From Moraxella nasovis (GTDB taxonomy: Bacteria > Pseudomonadota > Gammaproteobacteria > Pseudomonadales > Moraxellaceae), in NCBI RefSeq assembly GCF_022701215.1, contig NZ_CP089976.1:1350001-1382000 (forward strand): DNA of 32,000 nucleotides, read 5' to 3'. Positions 18,498 through 28,001 of the stretch are shown in pieces. The position numbers were made by a program, and so were the translations under genes. Position 1 is the first letter of the stretch; the number at the start of each line of letters is the position of its first letter. The notes beneath the pieces were generated by a model. That model worked only from the letters and a program-made list of their open reading frames with translations, made no database searches and was not told where the DNA came from.

Positions 18498-20045
18498 ATG
18501 ACCCTTATTAATAAATTGCAACATGAAGTTACGCCAAATGTATTGGCAGCTACTGTTGACCGTGCTGGCGATGAAGCAAATAAGTCAAACCTATTGACAG
18601 CCTTTTATGCTATTTTTGCCGCTCGTTTATCAGAAGATAAACACGAACAAGCTGCTTTAGTAGCTAATCAGCAAGATGGTAACAGCATTTTGCGTGCATT
18701 ATTTGGTTCTGAAGAAGCAGAACTAAACAGCCGTTTGGCACAAGATCATAATCTATCAGCTGAGACTGCTGGTGCTTTGACTTCAGTGAGTGCACCATTA
18801 ATTTTAGCGAAAATTAGAGAATGGTCAAGCGTTAAGGGTACAGGCGTTTATTTGCGTGACGAACTTGCCGGTCTTAAGAGCCATATCCCTGCATGGGCAT
18901 TAGCACTACTACCAGCAGGGCTGTTAGCAGCTCCAGCGGCAACGCATGTTGAGCCTGCTCCAGTAGTTGGTAAGCTTGAAAAAGTAGAAAAAGAAAACAA
19001 AGGCGGATTTTTAAAAGGGTTGTTGCCGTTAATTGGTCTAATTATCCTAGGTTTACTTGCATGGCTTTTATTGCGTGCTTGCCAAGATAAGCCTGCTCCA
19101 GTCGCTGCACCAGTTGCAAGTACTCAAGAAGTGCCAGCAGTTGCTGCCAATGCCGACGTTCAGCCTGCTACTGTAAGCTTAGCAGTTGACGAAACAGGTA
19201 AAGCAATCTACTCATGCTCTGCTAATGCAAGCTCTGAAGGCGTACTAAGCAGTGTACGTACTGCCATTGCAGGCGTGTTCGGTACTGAGAACTGTAGCCT
19301 AAATACGCACAATGATTATGCAGATAACCTACCAGCTGCCGAATATTTACCAGCCATTTTTGGTTTGATGAAAGATGTACCAAGCTCAACGGTTAATATC
19401 GTTGATAAGACTATCTATTTTAACGCAGCTAATGAAGCTGATATTGAGAAATTGATCGCAGACACCACAGCAATCGTACCAAGCGACTTTACCGTCGTTG
19501 CTGAGCCAGCACTTGACGTTGCTGCTAAAGTTGCTCAAAGCGTTGAGTCAGCTAAAGTTGCCATCACAAATATGGGCGAGCAACCAACAGTTGAAGGCTT
19601 AATTCGTGCATTAAACCTACAAATCATCAACTTTGAATTAGATTCTGCTGAAATCCCTGCCGAGAATAAAGAAATTCTTGATTTGGCAGCTGATAAGTTC
19701 AAAGAGCTACCTGATTTAGCTTTAACAATCGTTGGACACACTGACAACCAAGCATCTCACGAGTATAACCAAGAGTTATCAGAAAAGCGTGCTGCAGCTG
19801 TTCGTGATTATTTAGTATCTAAAGGCGTGTCAGCTGATCGTTTGACAATCTTGGGTGCAAGCTATGACTTCCCTGTGGCAAGTAACGCTACTGAACAAGG
19901 GCGTTTCCAAAACCGTCGTATTGAATTTCGCCTAGTTCAAGATGGTGAGAAGATTGCAACAGTGGGTAATGAAGTAGCGGATAAAGAAGCAGTGGCAGTT
20001 GAAGAAACATCAACAACTCAGCCAGAAGCAACCGAGAAAAAATAA
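18498..20045 (+). CDS. OmpA_C-domain (peptidoglycan-binding) membrane-anchored protein with a long N-terminal soluble domain
   Basis: - The C-terminus reads NFELDSAEI...TIVGHTDNQASHEYNQELSEKRAAAVRDYL...RRIEF, the OmpA/MotB-like PG-binding signature.
- A single central TM segment (LLPLIGLIILGLLAWLLL) is present.
- The N-terminal ~170 aa resemble DUF937-type domains (tentative).
- GGAG RBS. Confidence 0.8.
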   Translation: MTLINKLQHEVTPNVLAATVDRAGDEANKSNLLTAFYAIFAARLSEDKHEQAALVANQQDGNSILRALFGSEEAELNSRLAQDHNLSAETAGALTSVSAPLILAKIREWSSVKGTGVYLRDELAGLKSHIPAWALALLPAGLLAAPAATHVEPAPVVGKLEKVEKENKGGFLKGLLPLIGLIILGLLAWLLLRACQDKPAPVAAPVASTQEVPAVAANADVQPATVSLAVDETGKAIYSCSANASSEGVLSSVRTAIAGVFGTENCSLNTHNDYADNLPAAEYLPAIFGLMKDVPSSTVNIVDKTIYFNAANEADIEKLIADTTAIVPSDFTVVAEPALDVAAKVAQSVESAKVAITNMGEQPTVEGLIRALNLQIINFELDSAEIPAENKEILDLAADKFKELPDLALTIVGHTDNQASHEYNQELSEKRAAAVRDYLVSKGVSADRLTILGASYDFPVASNATEQGRFQNRRIEFRLVQDGEKIATVGNEVADKEAVAVEETSTTQPEATEKK

Positions 20046-20073
20046 CTCTAATGCATTAACCTGCTATGAATAT

Positions 20074-20104
20074 AAAACCCAGTTCATGATGAGCTGGGTT
20101 TTAA
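20074..20104 (+). terminator. Intrinsic terminator downstream of the OmpA-family gene
   Basis: The sequence is aaaacccagttc-atgat-gagctgggtttt, with an 8-bp core stem (one G-U pair) flanked by an A-run and a T-run. Confidence 0.65.
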
Positions 20105-20163
20105 TTTTGGGTAAATGGCAGTAGATGGTGTTTATTCAACCATTGCCTTTATCAATACAAATA

Positions 20164-20194
20164 ATAAGCCATCATTAAAATAATGACGGCTTAT
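20164..20194 (-). terminator. Hairpin downstream of prs (candidate terminator)
   Basis: The arms ataagcc ... ggcttat enclose an inner atcatt/aatga(c) pairing. On the minus strand it is followed by a T-rich tract. The stem is AT-rich and therefore weak. Confidence 0.45.
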
Positions 20195-20219
20195 TAATAG
20201 ATGGTCTATCAGTGATTTA

Positions 20220-21176
20220 TTAAGATTCGTACTCAAACATGGCACTGATTGACTCATCATTATTGATACGGCGAAGGCTTTCAGCGATCATAGGGCCTAT
20301 GGTGATTTGGCGAATGTTTGCACAGTTTTGTGCTTCTTCTGATAGTGGAATGGTATCAGTTACCACAAGCTCATCGAGTGCAGAGTTTGAGATGGTCTCA
20401 ATCGCTTTACCTGAAAGCACAGGGTGTGTGATATAGCCTACGACACGTCTTGCTCCCTTTTCTTTAAGGGCGGCAGCGGCTTTACATAGTGTACCTGCAG
20501 TATCAACGATGTCATCAACAATCACACAATCACGGTCTTTGACATCACCGATGATGTGCATAACCTGAGATTCGTTGGCTTTGGCACGGCGTTTATCGAT
20601 GATGGCAAGTTCAGCTTCGCCCAGTAGTTTTGCCATAGCACGAGCACGCACCACGCCACCAACATCAGGTGAGACAACCATTAGATTGTCATAATTTTTT
20701 TGTTTCAGATCACGCAGCAAGACAGGTGTACCGTATAGGTTATCTACTGGCACATCAAAGAAACCTTGAATTTGGTCAGCGTGTAAATCTACCACCATCA
20801 CACGGTCAATGCCAGCGATAGATAACATATCTGCCACAACTTTTGCAGAGATTGGCACACGAGCTGAACGTGGTCTGCGGTCTTGGCGTGCATAGCCAAA
20901 GTATGGAATCACCGCTGTGATACGACCTGCACTTGAGCGACGCAGGGCATCTGCTAGAAGTACGATTTCCATCAGATTGTCATTGGTTGGTACACACGTT
21001 GGCTGCAGGATAAAGACGTCCTTACCACGTACGTTTTCTTTAATCTCGATGGCAATCTCGCCGTCAGAAAAGCGAGTAATGTCTGCTTTACCCAAAGGAA
21101 TGTGCAGGTGATCAGCGACAGTTTTTGCAAGCTGTGGGTTGGCAGAACCCGAAAAGACGGCTATATAAGATGACAT
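20220..21176 (-). CDS. prs: Ribose-phosphate pyrophosphokinase (PRPP synthetase)
   Basis: The protein carries [21 protein letters not shown] and the PRPP-binding loop [13 protein letters not shown] prefer the ATG at 21176, with AGGA 8 nt upstream, over the TTG at 21182. Confidence 0.95.
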   Translation of the reverse strand: MSSYIAVFSGSANPQLAKTVADHLHIPLGKADITRFSDGEIAIEIKENVRGKDVFILQPTCVPTNDNLMEIVLLADALRRSSAGRITAVIPYFGYARQDRRPRSARVPISAKVVADMLSIAGIDRVMVVDLHADQIQGFFDVPVDNLYGTPVLLRDLKQKNYDNLMVVSPDVGGVVRARAMAKLLGEAELAIIDKRRAKANESQVMHIIGDVKDRDCVIVDDIVDTAGTLCKAAAALKEKGARRVVGYITHPVLSGKAIETISNSALDELVVTDTIPLSEEAQNCANIRQITIGPMIAESLRRINNDESISAMFEYES

Positions 21177-21311
21177 AAGCAAAGTCCTAATAAAAGTCTG
21201 TTGGGCGTAATAAAGTTAAACGCCCGATAAAGGGAAATTGGCTTGTCTATTTTAGCATTTTTACAGAAGTTTTACAGGCTATTTTTTAGTTTAAAGTAAC
21301 AAAAATGCAAT

Positions 21312-21342
21312 AAAAAAGCCAATTCGGATGAATTGGCTTTTT
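21312..21342 (-). terminator. Intrinsic terminator downstream of the tRNA-Gln pair (symmetric, potentially bidirectional)
   Basis: The sequence is aaaaaagccaattc-ggat-gaattggcttttt. A perfect 8-bp GC-containing stem is extended by A/T runs, 5 nt from the 3' end of the distal tRNA. Confidence 0.7.
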
Positions 21343-21347
21343 ATATA

Positions 21348-21423
21348 TGGCAGGGGTAGCTGGACTCGAACCAACGGATGTCAGGATCAAAACCTGATGC
21401 CTTACCAACTTGGCGATACCCCT
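21348..21423 (-). tRNA. tRNA-Gln (anticodon UUG), copy 2 (promoter-distal)
   Basis: The reverse complement reads AGGGGTATCGCCAAGTTGGTAAGGCATCAGGTTTTGATCCTGACATCCGTTGGTTCGAGTCCAGCTACCCCTGCCA. It has a 7-bp acceptor stem, anticodon loop TTTTGAT (UUG), the T-loop GGTTCGAGTCC and an encoded CCA. It closely resembles E. coli tRNA-Gln. Confidence 0.95.
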
Positions 21424-21456
21424 AGGGTGCAAGTTTTACAAAACTTACCAAAAAAA

Positions 21457-21532
21457 TGGCAGGGGTAGCTGGACTCGAACCAACGGATGTCAGGATCAAA
21501 ACCTGATGCCTTACCAACTTGGCGATACCCCT
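21457..21532 (-). tRNA. tRNA-Gln (anticodon UUG), copy 1 (promoter-proximal)
   Basis: The 76-nt sequence is identical to 21348-21423. The two copies are separated by a 33-nt spacer. Confidence 0.95.
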
Positions 21533-21545
21533 ATATAGGGCGACA

Positions 21546-21573
21546 ATTATACAGATAATTTCAAAATTTGCAA
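21546..21573 (-). promoter_or_regulatory. Near-consensus sigma70 promoter for the tRNA-Gln pair
   Basis: The minus strand reads TTGCAA (21573-21568), a 16-nt spacer, then TATAAT (21551-21546), followed by a GC-rich discriminator (tgtcgccc). An A/T-rich UP-like tract lies upstream (21575-21610). The -10 element is about 14 nt from the tRNA 5' end. Confidence 0.7.
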
Positions 21574-21620
21574 GTGTATTTTTAAAATTTTTTTTAAAAT
21601 TATTATAAAAAATGAGCTAA

Positions 21621-22493
21621 TCACGGCAGGCTGCTTGTGACGATGGCACGACTTGGGGAGGCTTGTTGCCAAGCATGTAAGGTTTTATCATCAACATCAT
21701 CACTAATGGGTAAAAATACCGCACTGCCTGTGCCTGTCATGCGAGCAGTAGCATCAGCTTGTTCTTGTAGTGTGCGAAGGTATGATAAAGCATTAGCAAC
21801 TTTGGCAGAAGCAGTTACAGCCAATGGCTCAAAGCAGTTATGAAAAGGGGCTTGTAAGTGCCAAGTGAATTTTTCTGTTTGATGGCTAAGATCGGTGATA
21901 AGAGCTGTGTTTTTTTGGAGAGTGTTATGTGCAAAAAAGTCAGCCGTCGCTAAGTGCTCATCAGGCATAACTAGTAGATAGCGACTACTTGGCAATGAGA
22001 TGGCAGTCAGCTTTTCTCCAATGCCAAGTGCGATGGCGTCGGTTTTTTGGTAGTGATGAAAAATAAAAAAGGGTACATCAGCACCTAAAGCTGCACCATA
22101 GATTAACAAATCATCCATCTTAAGCTCAAGATTCCATAGTTTATTTATGGCGATGAGTGTGGTTGCACAGTTTGATGAGCCACCGCCAAGTCCTGCACCA
22201 GTTGGTATGTGTTTATCAAGTGTGATGGTGATTGGACGTGCCTGTCTTGGAAAATTATCAGTTAACAGTTTGACCGCCTTGATGATTAAATTATCCGAAA
22301 AATCGCAAGGTAAATTATCACCAAGCAAAGTAATCATATCATCTGCACCATCATTGGTCGTAAAATGAAGCCAATCACCGAAATCTAAAGCTCGAAAGAC
22401 GCTTTGCAAGTCATGATAGCCATCATTTCTTTTACCTATAATGTGTAAAAATAGATTAATCTTGGCGGGTGAAAATAATGATATGGTCGCCAT
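21621..22493 (-). CDS. ispE: 4-diphosphocytidyl-2-C-methyl-D-erythritol kinase
   Basis: A GHMP kinase with PAKINLFLHI at the N-terminus and the ATP loop PTGAGLGGGSSNCAT. Synteny with lolB and prs supports the call. Confidence 0.92.
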   Translation of the reverse strand: MATISLFSPAKINLFLHIIGKRNDGYHDLQSVFRALDFGDWLHFTTNDGADDMITLLGDNLPCDFSDNLIIKAVKLLTDNFPRQARPITITLDKHIPTGAGLGGGSSNCATTLIAINKLWNLELKMDDLLIYGAALGADVPFFIFHHYQKTDAIALGIGEKLTAISLPSSRYLLVMPDEHLATADFFAHNTLQKNTALITDLSHQTEKFTWHLQAPFHNCFEPLAVTASAKVANALSYLRTLQEQADATARMTGTGSAVFLPISDDVDDKTLHAWQQASPSRAIVTSSLP

Positions 22494-22497
22494 ATTG

Positions 22498-23079
22498 CTA
22501 TGCCTGATGATTGATGGTGAGCGTTATTCGTGTGCCATCTGTGTGGGTGATACGTAGGCGATCGGGGTGTTTGTTATCGCCATCATAAATAAAATGACAA
22601 GTCCAAGCGTCATTTTTAGCTGTGATTAGGCGACCTTTTTCATCTGTCATCTTAGAGATATCGCTGGGTGTAGAGCGTCCCATAATCCAGTAGGGCAGCT
22701 GACTGATGGGGGCTTGCCAGCCTGTGGCATGATATAATAAATCTTCTGGCGTATCAGCAGTAATGCTGCCTGTACGCTCACTTGTTAGTGTGGCAGTGTT
22801 ACCATCATAGCTGATGGCAGTCGCTCCAATCCCAAAAGCACCTGTTAAGTCAATGGCAAACCTGTCATCGTCTTGATTCCATGCATAAAAGGCACTGCCA
22901 GCTTGCTTACCATCTGTCGTGGGCTGCATGACGCCAATTTTACCTGTGATGGTAAACTGTAAGCTGTCTTGATTGATGGTAGCAGTTATTGGTGCGACGG
23001 TTGGCTGGTTCATTGACTGACAGCCTACCAGAGTAAGGCTAAGCAGTCCTGCTGTAATTAGGATTTTGATGGTATTCAT
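22498..23079 (-). CDS. lolB: Outer-membrane lipoprotein LolB
   Basis: The signal peptide carries the lipobox LTLVGC. The size (193 aa) and the conserved position immediately upstream of ispE (4-nt gap) fit LolB. Direct sequence recognition is weaker than the synteny argument. Confidence 0.8.
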   Translation of the reverse strand: MNTIKILITAGLLSLTLVGCQSMNQPTVAPITATINQDSLQFTITGKIGVMQPTTDGKQAGSAFYAWNQDDDRFAIDLTGAFGIGATAISYDGNTATLTSERTGSITADTPEDLLYHATGWQAPISQLPYWIMGRSTPSDISKMTDEKGRLITAKNDAWTCHFIYDGDNKHPDRLRITHTDGTRITLTINHQA

Positions 23080-23147
23080 AAGCGTATCATTACAATTTTT
23101 TACATTCTATCACGTTTAATAAAAGTATAAAGCGTGAAAAGAGTAGG

Positions 23148-25154
23148 TTAGTAATTTTGTTCTGTGTACTCGTCTTTTTGTCCGAAGGCGAAGCGGTTTT
23201 CTAGGTCGTTGATGAGCTGCTGAGTTTTATCAATATCTCCTAACTCTCGATATGCTTGTAATAATAAAATGCCCGCTTGAAGATTGGGAGCGGCATTATA
23301 AGGGGCTTGCAGATACCCAATAACCATAGCATAGTCCCCTTGGCTTAAGGCGTGCTCAGCAAGCAATAAAAGTGCTTCTAGCTGTAATGCATTGCTATAA
23401 TAAGGATTTTTAATATCAAGCTGACTTATCGTTGTGATAGTATCAATGGTGTCTTGATCGCTAGCATTTTTGTTAAGTTTAAGCTTAGCATCGGCAAGCT
23501 GGTAGTTGGGGTTTTGATCATCAAGTGCTAACAAGGCATTGACCACTTCTTGTTTTTCGTCATCGCTGAGTTCTTTTTCTAGCAACTGATAACTAGCAAA
23601 CAGCAGCCGATCATCATCTGGGTATTTTTGATTAGCGGCGGTTAGTAAGTCTTTGGCAGCTTGCTTGTTTTGTTGGCGTAAGTAGATTTCTGCTTGTAAG
23701 ATGTAGCTGTCGGCAGCGAAGGCTTCATATTCATCTCTTAGACGCACTAAAGTTGCGATTGCAGCATCGGTGCGTTCTTCAAGTAAGTAGAACGCTACTA
23801 CTTTTTTGCGAGCATCTAGCACATGGTCGTAGTCGCTCACTTTTTCGTAATGAGTGCGTGCTTTAGATGAATCTTGTAGTCTTTCATAACCAATGCCTAG
23901 ATAATAGTGTGCCTGACTGCTAAGCTCTGGATTGTGAGTAAGTGGTGTTAAAATGGCGATGGATTCTTTATATTTACCAAGGTCAAGCCCAACTAACCCG
24001 CCAAGCAGTGCCACGTCTGGATTGTGGGTATTTTTAATGGCTTGTTCGAGCAGTTGCCACGCCCCAGCAAGGTCACCTTGATTGATTAAGGTGCGGATTT
24101 CATACAGATATAGGCTTTGCTCATGTGGTAGCTGCTTTCTTTTTTCTTTGATAAATTGCCACATCGCGTCCGTTTGATGATCTGCCTTTAAAATATCAAT
24201 TTTTAGGTTAATAAAAGCAAGGTTTTTTGGTTCAAGCTTTAAGGCGTGATTGATATTTAATAATGCTGCTTTGTGATCACCAAGTCGAGTTAATAGACCT
24301 GCCCTTAAAACAGATACCGAAGCGTTATTACTATGCACGCCACGAAGTGCAATAAATAATGCACGCTGATCATCAGGCTCATCAGGAAAAATCCCTGTAA
24401 AAATCTGAGTTAAATCAGCACTAGGATCGTAGTCTAAAATCATCGCTAAGGTTTTAGCAGCTTGCTCATACTTTCCAGCTTTAATTGCCAGATGGGTTAC
24501 ATAAAACCATGCAGGCGTATGCTCAGGATTGCGTTTTTGCCATGCACTGGCAAAGGCAAGAGAATCCTTTGGGCTTTCATAGCGGATTGATAATGCTAAG
24601 GCACGCTCAAAGACAGGTGTGGCATCTTTTTTAAACGATTCAGCCTTATAAATCGCCAGTGCTGTAGCGGGGGCATTACGATCGGCGGCAAACTCTGCTG
24701 TCAGTAACTGTAATAAATCAGGCTTATCAAGCACAGGCTGGCTGTCATCGGCTGCCAGCCAATCAAGCTCCCAAATTAAAGCATTCGTGCTAGGGTTAGG
24801 AGTATATGTGTACGCTGGTGTATAATCTTCATCGCTACCATCATCTGGCACAGAAGGTATCTCATCGGTCTCAAGAACTTCTTTGGTAGGTATCGGCTCG
24901 TCAATGGGTGGATTTTCGTGCTTTGCCTTATCGCCTTGATAAAAGGGCAATAAAATCTTTAGAAGTGGCTCAAAAATACTAGGCTTGGCATGGGCTGCTT
25001 GACCATTTGCTAAAGCCAAGCATACCAAAATCACCACCAGTTTTTTTGATGATTTAAGGGTGTGTTTTTTTTGCTTTTTAGTTTTGGCATGACAAAAAGA
25101 CGACGTAGAAAGTCGTGCAGTTTTTGATAAATTATGCCAAACAGATGGGGTCAT
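23148..25154 (-). CDS. Large secreted/periplasmic tetratricopeptide-repeat (TPR) protein, 668 aa
   Basis: The protein has an N-terminal basic region plus a hydrophobic signal (LVVILVCLALANGQAAHA). Many A/L/Y-rich ~34-aa helical repeats follow. A TPR protein occupies the same position upstream of lolB-ispE-prs in pseudomonads. Confidence 0.75.
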   Translation of the reverse strand: MTPSVWHNLSKTARLSTSSFCHAKTKKQKKHTLKSSKKLVVILVCLALANGQAAHAKPSIFEPLLKILLPFYQGDKAKHENPPIDEPIPTKEVLETDEIPSVPDDGSDEDYTPAYTYTPNPSTNALIWELDWLAADDSQPVLDKPDLLQLLTAEFAADRNAPATALAIYKAESFKKDATPVFERALALSIRYESPKDSLAFASAWQKRNPEHTPAWFYVTHLAIKAGKYEQAAKTLAMILDYDPSADLTQIFTGIFPDEPDDQRALFIALRGVHSNNASVSVLRAGLLTRLGDHKAALLNINHALKLEPKNLAFINLKIDILKADHQTDAMWQFIKEKRKQLPHEQSLYLYEIRTLINQGDLAGAWQLLEQAIKNTHNPDVALLGGLVGLDLGKYKESIAILTPLTHNPELSSQAHYYLGIGYERLQDSSKARTHYEKVSDYDHVLDARKKVVAFYLLEERTDAAIATLVRLRDEYEAFAADSYILQAEIYLRQQNKQAAKDLLTAANQKYPDDDRLLFASYQLLEKELSDDEKQEVVNALLALDDQNPNYQLADAKLKLNKNASDQDTIDTITTISQLDIKNPYYSNALQLEALLLLAEHALSQGDYAMVIGYLQAPYNAAPNLQAGILLLQAYRELGDIDKTQQLINDLENRFAFGQKDEYTEQNY

Positions 25155-25340
25155 ATCTTTTGTTTAATCTAGGTGCAAATATTTGACCATTATAGAACAT
25201 TATGGTAGGAAATAAAATAAGTAAGCTTAACAAAGTCGCTTTGGTGTTTAATTATAATTTATAGCTTAATTTTATTATAATTTATGAAATAATAATAAAT
25301 TTTTAAAATTATTTCTATAAATGAAATGCTAAAAAATTGC

Positions 25341-25369
25341 TTGGCAAAGGCGAGAAATTGGGGTAAGAT
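25341..25369 (+). promoter_or_regulatory. Candidate sigma70 promoter for ilvIH
   Basis: TTGGCA (25341-25346), a 17-nt spacer, then TAAGAT (25364-25369). It sits immediately downstream of a very AT-rich block containing a 12-bp direct repeat. This is a pattern match only. Confidence 0.35.
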
Positions 25370-25623
25370 TGGTGTAATATTTTAATGATGGTTTATATCA
25401 TTAAGTCGGCGTTATTTTTATCCAAGATGACGTTTGTCAAATCAAAATCAGCAGATTACCGTTTGCTTGTGATGATTTGACATTGCTTAAGGCTTATCGG
25501 TCAGCAAGACAACCTATGTCAAAATCTCCTTTTTTGTCGGTCATGCTTGTGCCTGTCTTTTGTAGCGACTTTATTGTGTTCGGTTGATTTACCTATTTTG
25601 GGAAATTAAAAAAAGGATTGGCA

Positions 25624-27456
25624 ATGACAGAGCAAACCACCCAAGCCCCTAATATGACAGGGCATACTCAGACGGCAGATGCCGCCAAAAATTTCCACGA
25701 AAATCAAGCCAAACTCGCCCGTGGTGAAACAGTTGCCATGAGTGGTGCTGAGCTACTCGTCCAAGCCCTAGTAGATGAAGGTGTTACACACATTTTTGGC
25801 TATCCAGGTGGGGCGGTGCTACACATCTATGATGCCCTTTTTAAACAAGATAAAATTGAACACATTCTCGTCCGCCATGAACAAGCGGCAGGGCATATGG
25901 CGGACGCTTATAGCCGTGTAACAGGCAAAACAGGCGTGGTGCTTGCCACATCAGGTCCTGGTGTAACCAATACAGTTACCGCCATCGCCACTGCCTTTAT
26001 GGATAGCATTCCGATGGTGGTCTTGGCAGGGCAAGTGCCTACGACTTTGATTGGCGATGACGCTTTTCAAGAATGCGACATGGTTGGCATCTCTCGTCCT
26101 GTGGTCAAACACAGCTTTCAAATCCGAAACCCTGCTGACATTCCAACCATCATCAAAAAAGCCTTTTATATCGCAAGCTCAGGGCGACCGGGTCCTGTGG
26201 TGGTGGATATCCCCAAAGACATGACCAATCCTGCGGATAAATTTGATTATGTCATGCCAAACAGTGTGTCACTACGTTCTTATCAACCCACCAGTAAAGG
26301 ACATGGCGGTCAAATCAAAAAAGCCATCGATGTTTTATTATCCGCCAAACGCCCTGTAGTGTATGCAGGCGGTGGTGTGGTGCAAGGCGATGGGTGTGAT
26401 AAGCTTCGTGAATTGGCGGATTTGCTCAATTTGCCTGTTACCAACACATTGATGGGGCTTGGGGCGTATCCTGCCACAAGCAGACAGTTTTTGGGTATGC
26501 TTGGTATGCACGGGACTTATGAAGCCAACATGACCATGCACCATGCGGACGTGATTTTGGCGGTGGGAGCAAGATTTGATGACCGTGTTACCAATAACGT
26601 CAAAAAGTTTTGTCCCAATGCCCAAATTATCCACATTGACATTGACCCAACCAGTATTTCAAAGACCATCAACGCCCACATTCCCATTGTCGGCGATGTC
26701 AAATTCGTCCTTGCTGAGATGTTAAACATCATCAAAGGGGGCGACAGACGCTTAGATGACAAAGCATTGGCTGATTGGTGGAAACAAATCTTGGAGTGGC
26801 GAGCTCGCCATGGATTGCGTTATGACCCTGACACAGACGCACCCATTCATGCCATCATGCCCCAGCGTGTGGTGGAGACGCTTTATAAACTAACTGATGG
26901 CAAAGCGATTATCACAAGCGATGTCGGTCAGCACCAGATGTTTGCCGCTTTATATTACAAATATGACGAGCCTAGACAGTGGCTAAATTCTGGCGGACTT
27001 GGCACGATGGGTGTGGGTTTGCCCTATGCGATGGCTGCCAAACTTGCTTATCCTGAACGCACGGTTGTGTGCATCACAGGCGAAGGCTCTATTCAGATGA
27101 ATATCCAAGAGTTGTCCACGTGTCTACAATACAACCTGCCTGTCAAAATTTTAAATCTGAACAACGCTCAGCTTGGCATGGTCAAGCAGTGGCAAGATAT
27201 GCTGTATGAAGGTCGCCACGCCCAAAGCTATATGCAGTCGTTGCCTGATTTTGTCAAACTTGCCGAAAGCTATGGACATAAAGGGGTAAAAATTACCAAT
27301 CCTGCCACCATGGAGCAAGAATTAAAACAAGCCCTAGAAATGGACGGATTGGTATTCATTGATGTGTATGTGGATAAAAGCGAGCATGTCTACCCCATGC
27401 AGGTTGCAGGGCAATCCATGCGTGATATGTGGCTATCAAAAGGGGAGCGTACCTAA
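25624..27456 (+). CDS. ilvI: Acetolactate synthase (acetohydroxyacid synthase) large subunit
   Basis: - A ThDP enzyme with [39 protein letters not shown] and [17 protein letters not shown]...[12 protein letters not shown] motifs.
- I prefer the ATG at 25624, with AAGGA 7 nt upstream, over the TTG at 25618.
- About 38 aa precede the conserved MSGAELL, so an internal start at 25738 cannot be excluded. Confidence 0.93.
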   Translation: MTEQTTQAPNMTGHTQTADAAKNFHENQAKLARGETVAMSGAELLVQALVDEGVTHIFGYPGGAVLHIYDALFKQDKIEHILVRHEQAAGHMADAYSRVTGKTGVVLATSGPGVTNTVTAIATAFMDSIPMVVLAGQVPTTLIGDDAFQECDMVGISRPVVKHSFQIRNPADIPTIIKKAFYIASSGRPGPVVVDIPKDMTNPADKFDYVMPNSVSLRSYQPTSKGHGGQIKKAIDVLLSAKRPVVYAGGGVVQGDGCDKLRELADLLNLPVTNTLMGLGAYPATSRQFLGMLGMHGTYEANMTMHHADVILAVGARFDDRVTNNVKKFCPNAQIIHIDIDPTSISKTINAHIPIVGDVKFVLAEMLNIIKGGDRRLDDKALADWWKQILEWRARHGLRYDPDTDAPIHAIMPQRVVETLYKLTDGKAIITSDVGQHQMFAALYYKYDEPRQWLNSGGLGTMGVGLPYAMAAKLAYPERTVVCITGEGSIQMNIQELSTCLQYNLPVKILNLNNAQLGMVKQWQDMLYEGRHAQSYMQSLPDFVKLAESYGHKGVKITNPATMEQELKQALEMDGLVFIDVYVDKSEHVYPMQVAGQSMRDMWLSKGERT

Positions 27457-27983
27457 TGGCGAATGTACAACAAGACCAAATACAAAAGCACTTAATTTCA
27501 GTACTCATGGAAAACGAAGCAGGCTCGTTGTCTCGTGTGGTGGGGTTATTTAGTCAGCGTGGTTATAATATTGATACGCTCAATGTCGCCGCCACTGAAG
27601 ACCCGACGCTGTCTCGTTTGACTTTGACGACCATCACCACGTCCGACAAGATAGAGCAAATCACCAAACAGCTACACAAGCTCATTGAAGTGGTCAAAGT
27701 ACAAAATTTATCAGAAGTGTCTAATGGCAATCAAATAGAACGAGAACTTATGCTAATTAAAGTACGAGCGGTGGGGGCGTGCCGTGAAGAAGTGTATCGC
27801 ACGGCGGATATTTTTCGTGCCCAAATCGTGGACGTATCGGCAAATCTTTATACCATCTTGATTACAGGCGATACAGGCAAATTAGATGGTTTTATTGATG
27901 TCATCGGACGAGACAAAATTCTAGAAGTCGTGCGGTCTGGGGTGATTGGTATTGCACGGGGCGAGCGGACGCTTGCGGTGTAA
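27456..27983 (+). CDS. ilvH: Acetolactate synthase small (regulatory, ACT-domain) subunit
   Basis: HLISVLMENEAGSLSRVVGLFSQRGYNIDTLNVAATEDPTLSRLTL matches the IlvH ACT domain. The ATG overlaps the ilvI stop (TAATG), and AGGGGAG lies upstream. Confidence 0.93.
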   Translation: MANVQQDQIQKHLISVLMENEAGSLSRVVGLFSQRGYNIDTLNVAATEDPTLSRLTLTTITTSDKIEQITKQLHKLIEVVKVQNLSEVSNGNQIERELMLIKVRAVGACREEVYRTADIFRAQIVDVSANLYTILITGDTGKLDGFIDVIGRDKILEVVRSGVIGIARGERTLAV

Positions 27984-28001
27984 TCAAATAAAGGCTTAAA
28001 G

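Noticed and set aside
25385-25587. Reading the two small ORFs upstream of ilvI as a classical Ile/Leu/Val leader-peptide attenuator.
   Set aside because: Neither peptide has a run of consecutive regulatory codons; I/L/V make up only about 30 percent of residues. I find no GC-rich terminator hairpin plus U-run before ilvI. I kept this only as a low-confidence regulatory observation, not as a feature.
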